NCBI GenBank assembly: GCA_965235115.1
Contig: OZ249445.1
Location: 13,082,001-13,146,000 of the forward strand
DNA length: 64,000 nt
Direction of reading: 5' to 3'
Origin: Laetmonice hystrix
Taxonomy: Eukaryota
Part shown: positions 1-14,305 of the stretch, piece by piece
Layout: the number at the start of each line of letters is the position of its first letter
Numbering within the stretch: the stretch's first letter is position 1
The notes under the pieces: generated by a model
Databases searched by the model: none
The model's input: the letters and a program-made list of their open reading frames with translations, nothing else
What the model was told of the DNA's origin: nothing
Made by a program: the position numbers and the translations under genes

Positions 1-228
1 TATCATCACTGTCGTCCTTCCAGTGGAGCGTGGAGAACAAGAGGTGCTGCCACCAACAGAATACCTTACAAAGATTATACATTCGCCCTGATGATGCTCA
101 TTCGCTCACTGAAATCGGCCCTGGCTAAATATGTCTTTCGGGTTGGTGCCAGAGAGTCTTGGGTTGGCTTCCATTTCAAGAATGAGTGACGTCACGAGGA
201 GACAGCCACTGACCTTTGGGGGCAGCTC

Positions 229-329
229 GAGAGAGAGAGACAGAGAGACAGAGACAGAGAGACACTGAGACAGTGAGAGACACACAGAGACAGAGAGAGA
301 GACCAGACAGACAGAGAGAGCAAGAGAGA
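229..329. repeat. (GA)n/(GACA)n microsatellite
   Basis: Direct reading of gagagagaga cagagagaca...; explains the low-complexity ORF 106..333. Confidence 0.95.
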
Positions 330-3300
330 ACATGAGGCCCTCCTACATCGGTAAATTAAAACGTTGCTGGTGAAATTCTCTAATTATAATAAGCCCTATT
401 CATAAGCAGCTAAGAAAAAGAAAAACATTGCATTTAGACCAAATATAACTGGTCAAAAAGCGCGCACTAAACTATCCACACTTCAGTTGAAGTGTAAGCA
501 GACAATGAGTATTTCTCGATGTTTGAACGGAAGGAACCCTGACCATTTCTGCTCGCTCTATATCACCGTCATCTTTGTCAGCGATCAATGCCTCGGGTTC
601 GGTGAGAGTACCCCGGCGCCACCTGGTGGTGGCGATATTACCAGGGGTCGAGGGTCGGCTCTCGGTTCGGCTCTAGCCAGCAGTTCGTGGTGGAAGTTTG
701 GGAGGTCGGGAAGGGGCCAGAGAGAGGCGGTGATGCGGGACAAACGGGCAGATTCATCATTCTGGAAGAAACGTCCTGGCACAACCCCTGCACTCATGTG
801 GCGCCTCAAAGCAGACGTATTCCATATTAATGAGGGCAAAAAAAAGTTGGGATATGGCTGAAGCTCAGCCGGCGTTAGCCATCCATGCTCTCACAATAGA
901 ATCGTTCAAACGATTTGTGATAATGAAATTATATTAATAGCTCCTCCTTGCCAAGAAGGAAGCCAGCGTCTTGTTTGTGATTTTCTTCTGTTTCTTTTTT
1001 TTTAAATGTTTATTTTCCTGATAGATTTCCACGTGACCTTGCAACAGGCTATTCCCCAGACAGACACATGCAAAAATAACTTCATCGGAATTTCTCAGGC
1101 TAATTGAGTACTAGCAAAAAATGGCGATCAGTGGATTTACACAAATAGTGAATGGGGCCATACGTCCGGCTGTTTCATGTGCCCTCCCCACACAAAGAGG
1201 ACAGAGGGTGCAAAAAGACAAAGAATGACACGAGGGCCATGCCGACTACTAGGACTGGCCAAGTCTCATGGGCAGCCGGCTGCCACAACAAACACGTCTA
1301 TAAATGAATCTCCCACGAGACACCATTCACTGCTCCAGCTACAAGTAATAGCTCACTGCCAACGTCTCTTAACTGCTCATTCTTTTCTCGGATAGTCTTT
1401 CAGGTACTCAGACTTTTCATTCTAACCTTTAGAGAAAACAAGTGTAGACATAACATGATGTGATTGCCTCGACGCACCTGTTAAAGCAGAGAGAACGAAT
1501 GAAAAAGGGAGAAACAGGCATAGATTTGTTGTATTGTTTTGTTGTTGGTGCTTTTCTAGATACAACTGAAAAGTTTTTCATTTACAAAATTTCGTGGCTA
1601 TTGAAACAAAAAGGTTACTTGCTCCCCCCCCCCCCGGCCTCTAATGCATTATGTCTGGTTTCACATGATCAGACAATCTGAGTGTAAATCTTGTGCTGTG
1701 ATGCTGGCAGGTCAGACCTAGTGTCACATCAGTCATAACAGTGACAGCGTGTGTCATGGGGACCTGGGACAAGCGGCCATTAATGACACATCTTTTAGTC
1801 ATTCACCGGACAGAAACCATCTAGCTTCGTTTGGCCCAACTGGTCTTCCACCACCAAGGACCTACACGTGATGGGTCGGAGTGTTCGCCCCCACACCAGA
1901 CCTGACCAGCCACAGATCAATGGCCATCATGTCCGTGCCGCCTTATACACGTCCGCATCTTTGGCGGATAGAATTGAAAATGAAGGCCATTGGGTTGATG
2001 TTGGAAGAGGGATGGCTTCAGGGTGGACGACGGCGCCTGTGTCCGTGTCGCTGGCAGCAGTAAATAGTAGTGGGAGCACCCAGGGGATCACGGGCGGCTG
2101 GTAGCGGGAGTGTAGTCTAATGTGACCACATCCACGTGTCATCTTGTCTTATCCTGTTGGCTGGCCACCCAAAACTGGGCCAGCCGCTCCTATCTGTTCC
2201 TGATGTGGGAGGAGGCTGGACGGGATTCCCAACGGACACATGAGCACGTGGCCTGCAACACATAGTGATAGGATCAAGGGAGTTAATTGTAATTTGGCAT
2301 GATGAGGTTCAACATTCATGTGGAAGCTTAGACATACAGTCGGGTGGCCATGACGAGAGTCGGTGGTCAGGCACCTAATGAAGTGTAAATTTCCCGAATG
2401 GCATTATAATAAAAGGCCAACTCGTCGTTGTGATGAAACCTATAATACTCTGTACAGCTTCTTCATGTCCTTAATTGTCATTTTGAATGTTGTTGAGCCA
2501 TGTGTTTTTAAAGTGCAGCCCAGATTTCCGGCATGCATGAGCTCAACAGAGAATGTGAACCAGGATGACAACAGGTTCGTGTAAGCAAGCGAATTTTCCC
2601 AGGGAAATCAATATTTTGAACCACCCTCCTCCTGTCTGCTATGATAATATATATTTTTTGCTATGTCTGCTTCTGTCTGCTAAGATAATGTGTACCTTCA
2701 ATATTATACCATGGTGGTAAATGAAACCTTCAAGAGTGCATGATATAAAACTCAACATACTTTGTTACTACTGAACACTAGAGTATCGTTCAAACGGCTC
2801 TAAGGTAAGGCCGAGCGTATTAAAGGTGCACGGGAAAGGTCAATACACTGACTTAATCAGACTTATTTAACTTAATCGTTGGATTCATAATGTGGTCAAG
2901 CGATTTAGTAGGAATTACACTGGGAAGGTTTCTGCTGTGTCAGGTTTTGCGTAGTATTATTGTCTCTGTAGACTGCTATTTTCAAAAGTAACATCAGAGA
3001 GAATGCGAGCAATTGCAGTGACAGAACTGTTTGTCCTATTAGAGGCGTCTCATAGAGGCTAAGAATGTCAAACGCTGGTATGAATATCAATGTGAACATT
3101 TGTAAGATTAAATAACACAATTATTGTGAAAGTTTACGAAACATTTGTTTGGCGCAGATTTTCCAGTCGTGTTTGATAAAAACAACATCAATAGCCACTG
3201 TCCACTATATATAGATCTTTGCTGACTCAGAATCATCAAGAGCGCGTTATTTTACTACTAAGGACATGCCAAATTAGAAGTCTAACGTCGTCTTAAATGC

Positions 3301-3477
3301 AAACAGAAGCAAGGAACATTCTCGATTTTAGAAATAAAGAATTAATCGGCAAAGTTAATTATGTGTCCAATTCAGCACCTTATAGATGTATTTGTTCGAC
3401 AGCCACTGAGCGAAGACAGCACCTCTGGCGGCCTACCGTATCACAGGCAGAAAAAGGCGACCAATTTAAGCGAGAGA

Positions 3478-3575
3478 AGAAAAAAGACCAGAGGGGGAGA
3501 AAAAAGACCAGAGGGGGGAAAAAAGACCAGAGGAAAAAAAAAGACCAGAGGAAAACAAAGACCAGAGAAAAAAAA
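3478..3575 (+). repeat. Short purine-rich minisatellite, unit ~17-20 bp (aaaaagaccagagg...)
   Basis: About five tandem copies of aaagaccagag separated by A/G runs. Confidence 0.85.
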
Positions 3576-5671
3576 CGCGTCCTTTTTTCTGTATGTGTAT
3601 GTGTTTCCCCACATAGAACTGGCAGAGTGCCATTCACGTTGCTAGGGTGAAAGTAGAAAGCTAGGCAGCAGGCTATAGCCGCAAGGACAGGTCAACGAAC
3701 AGCCAGCCAACTGAGCCGATAGTGGAGACAGTGTGCACCAAACACTGGCTGACACGTTTATAGACAACCCTGACCATCCCGCTGATGTATTGCCTTGGAC
3801 TACATCGACACCCCAACCTTCTTGAACTGGGTGCCTTCCTTAGAGCCATCTTTAACTATGAGTTATGTTGGGCTGAAACTACAGCGTGGGGCTTTACACT
3901 GAGTCACCGTCAGTTCGGCCTGGGAGATGCGTGATAGCTCATGCCGGATGCTGATTTCGGTAATTCACGCTCCTATCGCATTTGTGCTTGCTCTGACCTC
4001 ATGAATATACCTTTTATTTGTTCCTATCACGCCCGTGGCAACCCCCAAATGCCCTCTTTATACCACTGTACTATATCATTATAACCCCATCAAGAACAGA
4101 CTTGAATTGAAAAAAGAGTGCCAACTTCATCTACGGGAAGTATCGATTGGTAGAAGGCTAACACACGAGCAGCATTACACTATGAATCATTGGACGTCAC
4201 ATACTACGACAGTATGCTGTGATAGTTTGTAAGGACATAGAGACTGGTGGACAAAAGGAAAAAAAGAAGCGAAGCGTTCTTGCTTGACGTAGCAGAACGC
4301 CAGAACAATACCACCTGGTTACAAATTACAAGCTGTTCAGTGTCCCGTCATACATAGCCAGGTGGTATCGTCATACTGGGGGGAACCAAGTTCTGCTGAC
4401 AATTGTATTAAGCTGTAGAAAAGGTCTCTGTAGGTTCCTTGTATTGTAATATCTATGATAAGGACCCTCGTTTGGTCAAGGCTCACCTAGAGGACAAGTT
4501 ATTTGTATTGAGTCAGCTTTACTTGTTTTCCTTAGTTTACAAGGACGACATATAATGGATGTGTCTACCCTGTGCGATATAGATCTCTATCACCCGGAGG
4601 ACTTATTGAAAGTAGTTACGAAATCGCAGGACTGAATACTTACAAGTGCATCTCAGATGGACGTGTAGAGCAGATGAAACAGTATTTATAGTACCATATC
4701 ATGTGGCAAGCAATTTCATAATGTGAGGCACCTGAATCCAGGTATAATCCAGGCCTAGTAAATGACTCCGATTGAACTTTTTATTTATATAATAAGAGAC
4801 AGAGAGAGACAGAGAGAGGCAGACAGACAGATAAAGGAGAGAAATGGGGCGATGTGGAAAGGTATGGAGAGTGTCTTTGGTTTATTTGGTCATTTCAAGG
4901 GTAGCCTATGGTGTCTCCCCTCTCTACCCTGTGTGATCTCGCTATAGTGTGGAGGGAAGTTTTATGGTGGTGCGGAGGCGAAGACATTACCATTTTTCAT
5001 CTTGGTGAATATGGTTACAAAGTGATACGACACCTAAATCCTATCTTGCTGAAATCCTAAACATAGTGAGTGTCGTTAAAATATACCTGTATATTATCTG
5101 CCAGTGTTCTGGGAGGTTTGAAGTCTGACAGCTCTATGGGTGGTTGCCATGTAACAAGCTCAGCAATGTCATTAAATCGTGAGCAATTATCATCATTATA
5201 ACCCCATTGTTGCCGCTTCTGGCTGTCACCACTCTTTGCACACGTTCACCACACTTTACTTCAGGCATAAGCTGATTTGGAGAGATACTCTAAAAGCTAT
5301 GTTTACGTATTTTCTCAACAATTATATTTTTTTATGCCAGTGGTATCTACTTTACACTCGCATATCGACACAACTGCAGTTACCGTGTATATTTGAAAAA
5401 TATTTATTATCTACGTTGGTATTAACTGCCTATCAAACGAGAGAGCTTAAGGGACTACGCCAGGAATTGATTTAACTGATCAAATTAGCGGCTACACACA
5501 GAGGACTAGCCGTTTACAACGTATTGAAATATTGCCAGCTTGTTGCTAATGCTTGTTTGTAGAGAAGGTTGTGGCTGTATCCGCTGTTGGACGTCGAGGG
5601 ACACCATCCAGGGATGTTTGTGCTGGCGAACGATCATTATGGTGTCGTTAACGGCACTATTCTTGTTTCAG

Positions 5672-5814
5672 ACTGTCCTAATGAATGGCTAGCGGAGAAC
5701 ATTGCCCACCTGCTGTACCTGTGCGGAGACAGCATTGCTATCAAAGTGCTCAACTCCAAGGCCATCAATGGTCGCATCACTGAGCTCGCCAGCATCATCT
5801 CAGCTCTTTGTCTG
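5672..5814 (+). CDS. FBXO47: FBXO47-like F-box protein, internal coding exon
   Basis: Acceptor cttgtttcag|, donor ctg|gtgggg. Encodes (x)CPNEWLAENIAHLLYLCGDSIAIKVLNSKAINGRITELASIISALCL, matching the recalled FBXO47 C-terminal motif EW..EN.A.LL.L.G......SKA.NGR..ELA. Confidence 0.8.
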
Positions 5815-6668
5815 GTGGGGGTCTTGAGGATGTTCGAGTTTCATTTGATTTAACTTACCTTCTACGGTTACAGACTTTGGAAACATTGATTTTGATTTTG
5901 TGTTCGATGTTACATTGTATGGTGAGATTACGTTTACCTTGGACCCACAGGAATTACAGTTTTCTGCCGTTCAGGCGAATTCAGCCCTTCTCCATCTTTA
6001 ATAGAGAATGGGGATATAACTATTTGGGTGCGTCGATCCGCTATTCTGTCCTTGGAAGGAAAGGAATGGCTGGATTATATACTGGACGGCAATGAAAACG
6101 GCATAGGTCCAAATGTATATTGTCATCATTAGTCGGATGTGCAAATTGTATTGGTTGAGAATAGGAATGATGTTTTCTGAGTAGTCTATTCCGCTGAGTT
6201 ACCTCTCTGTATACTCACTGTGTGCCGGATACGAGTGCATTATAGCGAAGTGCCGGATGTTGTCGACATGGGGCATTTTTAGCCTATGCGTTTTCATTGC
6301 CAAGTCCAGTATAGAAACATGTATGTATGTCTTGCCATCAGTTTACTCTTCCAAGCGTCTTATTGTGCGGATGAATAATGCCAGCAGCTTTGCATGTTGC
6401 CCTTCAGAAGTAGTACAAGTATATCGTGAGAAAAATAGGGGGAAGGGGAATTTAACGTCTCCCTCAAGGACGTAAGATATTGTATACGTGAAAAGTCATG
6501 AGTTTCATATATGTAAAAAACGGATCAATCCATTTATAATATTTTGGAAGAAATGTTTTAACCGGCATTTTAGCGGTTTGCCAGGTGCATCTATTGGAAT
6601 CTCCACACTGTGCCGGGGCCGGTAAGAAATAGATGTTATAGCGACGGGTTACATTTGTATTTACCCAG

Positions 6669-6828
6669 GTGTGTGTGCGTCATGACCAGAGTATCAGCTG
6701 GGTGATCCAGATTGTCTCAGAGATTTGCAGCTCGATGGAGAACACGCGCGACCGCGTAGCACTGCTTCACGGCATTGTGGAGACCTTCAAAGAGATAGTA
6801 CTGGACCTGCATGAGTACGGGGACGCAG
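6669..6828 (+). CDS. FBXO47: FBXO47-like F-box protein, penultimate coding exon
   Basis: Acceptor tttacccag|, donor gcag|gtaaat; 160 nt, phase-compatible with both neighbours. Encodes VCVRHDQSISWVIQIVSEICSSMENTRDRVALLHGIVETFKEIVLDLHEYGDA. Confidence 0.8.
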
Positions 6829-8786
6829 GTAAATAGAGTTAATCTCATTGTGGCCACAGATTGCTAGAACAGAGTCCAAGCCGTGGACAGTTCGGTGGAG
6901 ACGTGCTCAGTGTATCAGTGAATAAAGTCCACCTTTTAGTGCCTACCTTGGTGAATCAGGACATGATTGGTTCAAATTCTTCCTGATTGCTCTCAGCCCC
7001 AGTCAGGAGGCGGACTGCTTATACCCACCATCTTTCCCACGTGCGTTGTATCTCCATCCCTGTTGTGTGACTAACTTGTAAGCATAAATTTAATCAAAGC
7101 TGAATTAGAAATGTGTGAATGATAAAGTCTATTAATAAATTAATCAACTCATTTTCTGTAGAAGGCAATGATTTTCTTTCTATACGTTTATTCTGGTACA
7201 CGCTGAAATTGACTTAACATTTTACTTATCTCTTCTCTGTGTATCAGGCCTCAGGAAGCAGAGTGCAGTCTAGAAACCTATCCAGGAAGACCCCTATTAA
7301 ATTCTTGATAACTCTGTTCATTGAAGAGCTTTGTTCAGCACTATGAGGTGTTCCTCATTTGATTGGTTTCCGTTGAGCTGGTCTGACGGCTGAAGGGGGT
7401 GTGTATGTGTGTGTACAGAATGACACCTCCTCAGGTCGATACACGTTATCTTGAGAGCCTGTGTAAAAGATTAGATCGCATGAGTATCACACGCATGGCT
7501 AAATCCATTCATTATCCTCATCTCGGGGGCCCGCCATTCTCGCCGCCAGGGGGCTCTGATGCTCACGCAGGAGGAACTGGAAACAATTTTGGTTGGAACA
7601 TTGCACTTATTGACATTGGTCTCACTTAAGAATGACGAGTATTATTGATACGACGTAGGATAAAAGGGACTCAGATAGAGTGTCTGATTGATATGAGCTA
7701 TTGACAGGACACCAAGGATGCAGTAATCACTATATCAATAGTGTTGTACTGCCGCAATCCCTACGTACAAATGTTCCAGCCTAAAAGACATCAACTTCCT
7801 GAGGCAATGCACGACCAGCCTGAGACGAGGGAACCTACTATTACCCTTTATATGGGATATGACATATCGGGTTAAAACCCAGACGTTGTGATACCCTTTA
7901 TTCTTGTTGTGGGGGGGGGGGGGCACACACACAGGTAATGGACGTCGGCCATGTTGGTGGGATTTAGAAAAGGTTATTGATTCCGAAGTCATTTTGAAAG
8001 CTCATCATCGTGACTGACTGATTTCATTTATCATTTCACATTTTGATACAATTGGCAATTCGGGTCAAATTATCAGGCAATTAACCTACCAGTAGTTAAA
8101 TTATGATCCCAGATGAGGATATTCTGACATGGTCGGTACCAGAAACTGACTTTGTGTCAGCCTGAGTCAGGGAGATTAAACAGATTACTGCCTAACTAGA
8201 GTATTATCTTGTCCTTTGGCATCTACATTTGTAGTCGAAATGAGCCACTGAGCAACCGTTATATTATACATAAGATTGAATTGTGATCGGCTATACCTGG
8301 GATTTGTTTGGTGACTGTATTGTGTAGGGATATCTGATAAAAACTTAGTATACACTACCTGATGTGAATCTAATGTTTGGGCTGCAGTATGGCAGGCTTG
8401 TAATTATATCTCTGCAATGCTTTACTTCTTCAGTGAATTGTTTCTGATGGATGTACTCTGCACAAAAACGTTTTCCCCACCCCTTTGAAGTTGTGTTTTG
8501 CGACACCCAATCCATGTTGGCTCAGAAAATAGCAAATGCAGGCAATACCTTCTTACTGATACAGGGAATTTAGAAATAAATTTCCTAAATAAAAATAAAT
8601 GTGGTGTTCTTAGTACAATACAAAAAAAGACAACAGGTTGGGAAAAACCTTTTTGTGCCGAGTATACATTATGCAGAGAACGAGCGGCGTATTACCCTAT
8701 AAGTTTGTGTACAGTCAGCTAGTCTCCGCTGTCCCTGTTTGTGCCGCAGTGACATGCACTAATATGTTGCTCTGTTTACGTTTCAG

Positions 8787-8887
8787 ACGATGAAAGCAAC
8801 ACTGAGCTGGAGCACATGCTGGACGCCCAGGCACGCTTTACCAAAGAAATCATTTTGATGGCCTTCCAGAAGTCTCTCCTCGTATAA
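8787..8887 (+). CDS. FBXO47: FBXO47-like F-box protein, terminal coding exon
   Basis: Acceptor tacgtttcag|; completes D then DESNTELEHMLDAQARFTKEIILMAFQKSLLV*. AQARFTKEII resembles the recalled FBXO47 AQANFHKEVL. Upstream exons were not found in this window. Confidence 0.8.
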
Positions 8888-11807
8888 CACCATCCCTATT
8901 ATAACCTTCAAAAGGAGGTCAGCCTGAAAAAACAAACCACATTCGATCCGAGTTCCCAATATGGAACATTATCAGCCACTTTCAGATTATGCTCATAAAT
9001 TTCTTTCTTTATGATCAGGAGTTATACTGAATTGACTTGTATGCAGGCGACATCAGTCTGAGTTATCCCAAGAATTGGAATATCTACGGTCATCTTTACC
9101 AAGAAACGGACAGAAATAACAAGGCCATCCCTCTCATCTTCCAATATTTAGTGAGCGGATACGGATACATGAAATCATAATAATATATCGAAGAAGGTCC
9201 TCGGCCATGTATGTTAGATAGAGATTCGATTCTGTACAAAAGTCTCGCGAGAAAATGGTCGTTTCTAGTTTTGGTTCTCGTGGGCCTGTCAGTGGTGGTA
9301 GAGTTGCTACATTTTGCTGAGCTAAAACACATTAATGTGAGATGAGAATAGCTGAATAGAAGATAACGTGTGAGAATTTATTGTTAGCTAGGAAAGCCTT
9401 ACTATTTAGGTGAATGGGGCCTATTGACAATGGATGTGGAAACAATTTACCGGTATAATACTTACAAAAGACCACAGAAGAATGATAACGAGCAAAAACT
9501 TTAAAAATTCAGAGTGAGGAAAGTGCAAAGGACACGCAGGCGGAATACTACAAGATAATTATATGTTCAGTAACATCATACGAGCCCAGGGCAGGGAAAC
9601 AGCTCCATTTGTATGTATTATCTGGTGGTTTCCAAGAACATTATGTTATTTTAAGGAATGAACAAATTTAGAAGAAATGTCAGTTTAGCGTACAAATGTT
9701 GCACGGTATGGGTAGCCAATCTTGTATAAGTATCGTGATGCCATGGTAGTTGAGCTAATGGTCTTGTTTTACGTGTGGATTCATAGATTACTGATCCATA
9801 ACGTGATTTACAACAAGACACAATCGATCGCTGATCAGTGCTTGTTTACGTTGTTGTCGTTCGCCTTGGAGAGGCGTGTGGACGACACAGCCAGGGGTTT
9901 AGATAGATGGAGACATATCACTAAAACACACCGTAGGATGTATTCTTGTAAACTTTCCCCATGTCCTTTGAATCCGCTGAATCTGTTCTTTTGATACAAA
10001 TAGTCATTGCAGTGGGTTATGTTTGTTATAGACGGCTGAATTATCCTTGAGTTCTCATCCCAATGCCTTCCTCCTCCAGACTTAGTACACATGACTACCG
10101 CTAGAGGACACTGATGTTGACTTCGGCTGCATGAAAGGGATACTGGCTGCAGCAGTACAGAGTACAGATTTTCGCAAACCTTATTGATGGGAGGGGTGCC
10201 CCTATAGATGTGCGTGTGGTAAACATGGGAATACAGCTGTACTAGCATTCGGTGCAGTGACGACAGCCCAGCCAAACGGCGACACTTGTATTTCTCTCAG
10301 GTACAATTAAATTTAAACTGCAAGCCAAAGCAATACTCCAGAGGGGACAGACCAAGACTGTCAAATGTAAATCTTGCGGTGGTGATAAAAATTTGTGGGA
10401 ATTTAGAGTGCCACAATCTATTTCTTGATTGATTGTAGACTAGCATTATTGCTGCAGGCTTGAGACTGAGTTTGCTCGGTTTATAATAATTTAGGAGACA
10501 TCGTATTGTTTTTCGATTTTGTTCAAAATCTTGAAATACATGCGATGTGAGTATGAGGTTAAACGGAAACATTGTGATATTGTGTATTTTGAGGAAATTT
10601 ATCAGCTTCCCCTTTTCTTTGTTTTCCGGCTCCTCTTTGTAAATTTACTGGCATACATTGAACTTGTTTCAGTGAGTTATCCCAGAAGTTGTCAAGTGCT
10701 GATATTTATGTTAAACCGGTTGTTGCTGTGTGTTCTCCGCGTTTACTTTATGGAGACCTAAAATCCATAACTCACGGTATAGGTTGAGCCCGCAGTGGTC
10801 GTGGCACTGGACCAACTTTAGGCACAGTACACGGAGACTGATCGCATAGGCGGATAAGATAAATTTATTGATTTCACCGTTGAGAGCTGTGATTCAGGTG
10901 CACCCAGTGTACCAACCTAGCGTAAAGTTAGTACAAGAACATTAATTAACTTATTATAACTTTAACAAATAGATTAAGAACGGTAATGTATTTATTTATG
11001 TAGGAAATTACGCAAATTGAGAAATAGAAGTAATTATTTAAATATCAAACAGTTGGAAGGGTCTGCGCAGATAGGTTAAGTAATCTTTCTAGGGTAACCA
11101 TGACAACTTCTAGGGTGCGGGGAATAATTTTTAGAAGTTTTTAACTTAAGATTATTTATCTTGTGCTGATTTGCTATGATCTTTTCTCAGAATGCAGCTG
11201 TAAGGGTGGCATCAGCTGAAAAGGGATTGGTACATTTATCTGGATTTGTAGTTTTAGTGTCATTCCAGTGTGAATAATCAGTATAAGAGTGTCCTTAGAG
11301 AATAGATACCGTATAATAATGTGCATACCAAGAGGGAAGCAGTGGTCTGGTGTATCAGGTGAGTAGAGTAGGGAAAGTAGTTGTTAATGGTAATTTATTT
11401 TCTACTTTATGTCCTGTTCATGGCCGTGTGTGTATATGAACTTTTTGGTATACCCTTGTATACTGTTTACTGTTATCGAGTACTAAGGATATTACGTGTA
11501 CTTGTTTGAGACACGTTGAAGTTGATTTTCTATTTGGCATATATGGTGACATCCTGATACATGTTTCAAAGACTATATCAAGGTTGTGAGTGCGATAGGG
11601 ATAGAACACAATAATTATACATGCCTTCGTTATTATCAGGCAGGCATTCATTGTTAACGAACAGGAGGGTGAAAGTATGGAAATTGTGCGTAAATAGATT
11701 GTATGGTCTCTGAGATTTGTGGGATGCGTTGTGTTTTTCTGTCAAGTATGAGCAGGTATTCGATTCATTGCCCCCAGTATGAGGAGCCGTGCGTTTATTT
11801 CCCTAAC

Positions 11808-12141
11808 CACTGGGGGATCCAGGGGGCCCAAGAGGCCCGCCCCCCTTAAATTTTCCTTTCCCCTCTTTTTTAAAGAAGATGCATTATTCGGACCCTGAAA
11901 CCAGGATTCCAACAAAATTCTTTTTAAAAAAGCCTCCTATATACTGTACGTGATATAACATCGGGCCCAAAAGGGCCTCCTCAGTCATCCAGGAGAAACA
12001 TAACTCTGGGCCATGCAGCATTGAAATAGACCAAAAGGGGACCAAAATGGCCATAATTACAATAAAATCATGCCGAGCGTAGCGAGGCTAAATTTATTTT
12101 TAGGTGGGCCTCCCCTTATCAAAACCCTGGATCCCCCACTG
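11808..12141. mobile_element. GC-ended MITE-like element (ggatcc/G-run family)
   Basis: Ends cactgggggatccaggg ... ccctggatcccccactg (17-bp IR, 1 mismatch); inserted in a degenerate ttcccc/aggagcc minisatellite. Confidence 0.7.
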
Positions 12142-13160
12142 CTATCGCATGACAAGCCGTCCGATATCTTCCCAACTGTCAGGAGCCAGCCGCTGTATTT
12201 CCCCTCCAACATCAGGAGGCGCCCGTTTTATTCCCCTGCATGAGAAAACACCTGTGTCATTCCCCTGTAGCATAGGAAACCGGTCGTATAATTAATTCCT
12301 CTCCAGCAAGAGGAGCCAACCGATATATTCTCCCGACAACTGGCTATAACGTGGTAAGCCGCATAAGAATTATGCGTAAAATGAGCCCATAAACAATGAC
12401 CACGACCTTGGCTGTCCTCGTTTTGAATACAACAGACTCCCGTTGCAATTTTAATGTGCTGTTGTTCAAATTTTATTGATTCGTTTTATCAAAATTGTTC
12501 GTTTTAGTAAAATTAACAACAACAAAATAACCAAAGGTTGTCATCATAATCCACCAGAGGGCAGCTTGCACAGCGAGTAGGCCTTGCGTTTTTGATCTGC
12601 AATAGTACTGCCATCTGGTGGGAATAAACCATAAACCAAACAACCCAAGAGTGAGTCTCCAAGTTATAACAAACAATGAGTGGGATCTGAACTATGACAG
12701 GCTCCAAGATGTCAGCTCCAGATGGTTTAGACTTCAATGTCTGATATCTTCTACTGAACTACTGTTGGACAACCGAGTCGTTTTGAATGACCCCAGAAGG
12801 AGGAACAGACTAACACTACTGGTAAACTTGGTTACTTTATTCACAGTAATTTATATTGTGGGGATTGAATTACCCTGTATATGGTATAAGATAAGCCCTA
12901 TTGAGAGACCCCCTGACAAATTTTAAAAAGGCATTATATTATGAAGACAAGATGAATCCATCATGACATATAAAAAGTATTATTAGCCCAAGCAGTTTAA
13001 TATTAGATAATGTTAATTAGGTTAACAGAAATCGTCACAGTTTGGTATCAACAGTTTCAACTTTTGGATAGAAACTGTGAAACTAAAACTGCCAAATTTA
13101 TTATAAGAATGAAACTGTATTCAGTTTTGATGCAGAATTGTTTTCTACCCACTTCTACAG

Positions 13161-14305
13161 GTTGGCATGAGTACTGCTGTCTGACTCTGACTGAAGCGTG
13201 GAGATGGCGAGCTACATCAGAGACGTCGATCAAGACATTCCCCCGCACATTGATGAAAACTGGTTCACCGACACACCAACTTCAAGATTGTATCAGCTGT
13301 GGTTCACCGACACACCAACTTCAAGATTGTATCAGCTGAACAGACTGATGAACATTATGATCAGTACGATGAACAGTACGATGAACAGTAAAACGAAGAG
13401 TACAATGAGCAGTACGAGAGATGATGTAGGGCGTACCTATAGCAGGGAGCTATATGAACTTTGCACGTGAGACTCTGACCACTTCTCCGACCACTTCTCC
13501 GTCCACTGCTCCGACCACTGCTCCCACTGCTCCGACGCTTCCGTGATGGCAGGTAGGATGAGACTAACTTTTGCATAGTAGGTGCTGATCAGCTGCTAGA
13601 AAGGACGCCATTTCATCCCTCTTCTCCGGATCTCTTCGCAAGCTAGGATTAAGTTAGGTTAAGAACTGGTCACTGACAGAGCCATTTATTGAAGCAATTG
13701 AAGCATTGCATGCATGAATGACTGGCGGTGGACCGGTTTCTTTTTCAGCATATTTTTTCAGCTTTTTTTTCAGGATGTTAACTACCATATAGCCAAATAC
13801 TGTGTCTCTAATTGTGTTCTCTGTATGTTTTCATGAACGTGCCATCCCTGATTGTTCTGAAATGTATGACTGGTGGAGCCGAAAGAAAGAATTGAATGAT
13901 CAGAAGTTACAACATCGAGCTACACTTGTCAAGAGTCGGTGAGGATAGCCCTACGTTAGACTAAATTTTAATGTTCAATATAAATTACATACCAAATATC
14001 AAACCAAGCTCTGTCAAATATTTTGTTTGAAATTTTCCTTGATGAATGTAAGAATATCTTGTAACTTATCCAGGTGGCTCTCATTCTGTTTTACATGAGT
14101 TTTGGTTATGGTAAGAGTATGTCAGCAGATGATCACCTGTATGCATGTAAAATACATATATGTCCCAACTTGGTGCACGCATTTAAATAACTAAATATAA
14201 TTTAGTATCTATGCTTTCTTCCCAACAGGTTCGATTGCAGGGGGCGCCAACGGCACAGATGATCCTTCAAACACAAGTAGCACAGAGCAAGACATCAATC
14301 AGTAG
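13161..14305 (+). other. Candidate spliced low-complexity gene or pseudogene (exons 13161-13552 and 14229-14368)
   Basis: Acceptor cttctacag|, ATG 13204, in-frame 39-nt tandem duplication (WFTDTPTSRLYQL x2), in-frame TGA at 13468-13470, donor gcag|gtagga, phase-compatible acceptor cccaacag|, stop at 14305. No family recognised. Confidence 0.3.

Noticed and set aside
487-861. ORFs 487..861 and 585..839 as genes
   Set aside because: No recognisable domain or convincing splice chain; may belong to a repeat.
2821-2840. Kolobok MITE starting TTAA|AGGTGCAC
   Set aside because: No matching GCACCT|TTAA partner end was found nearby.
5569-5671. N-terminal part of ORF 5569..5853 as coding
   Set aside because: FBXO47 similarity begins only after the tttcag acceptor at 5671; the upstream part is probably intron.
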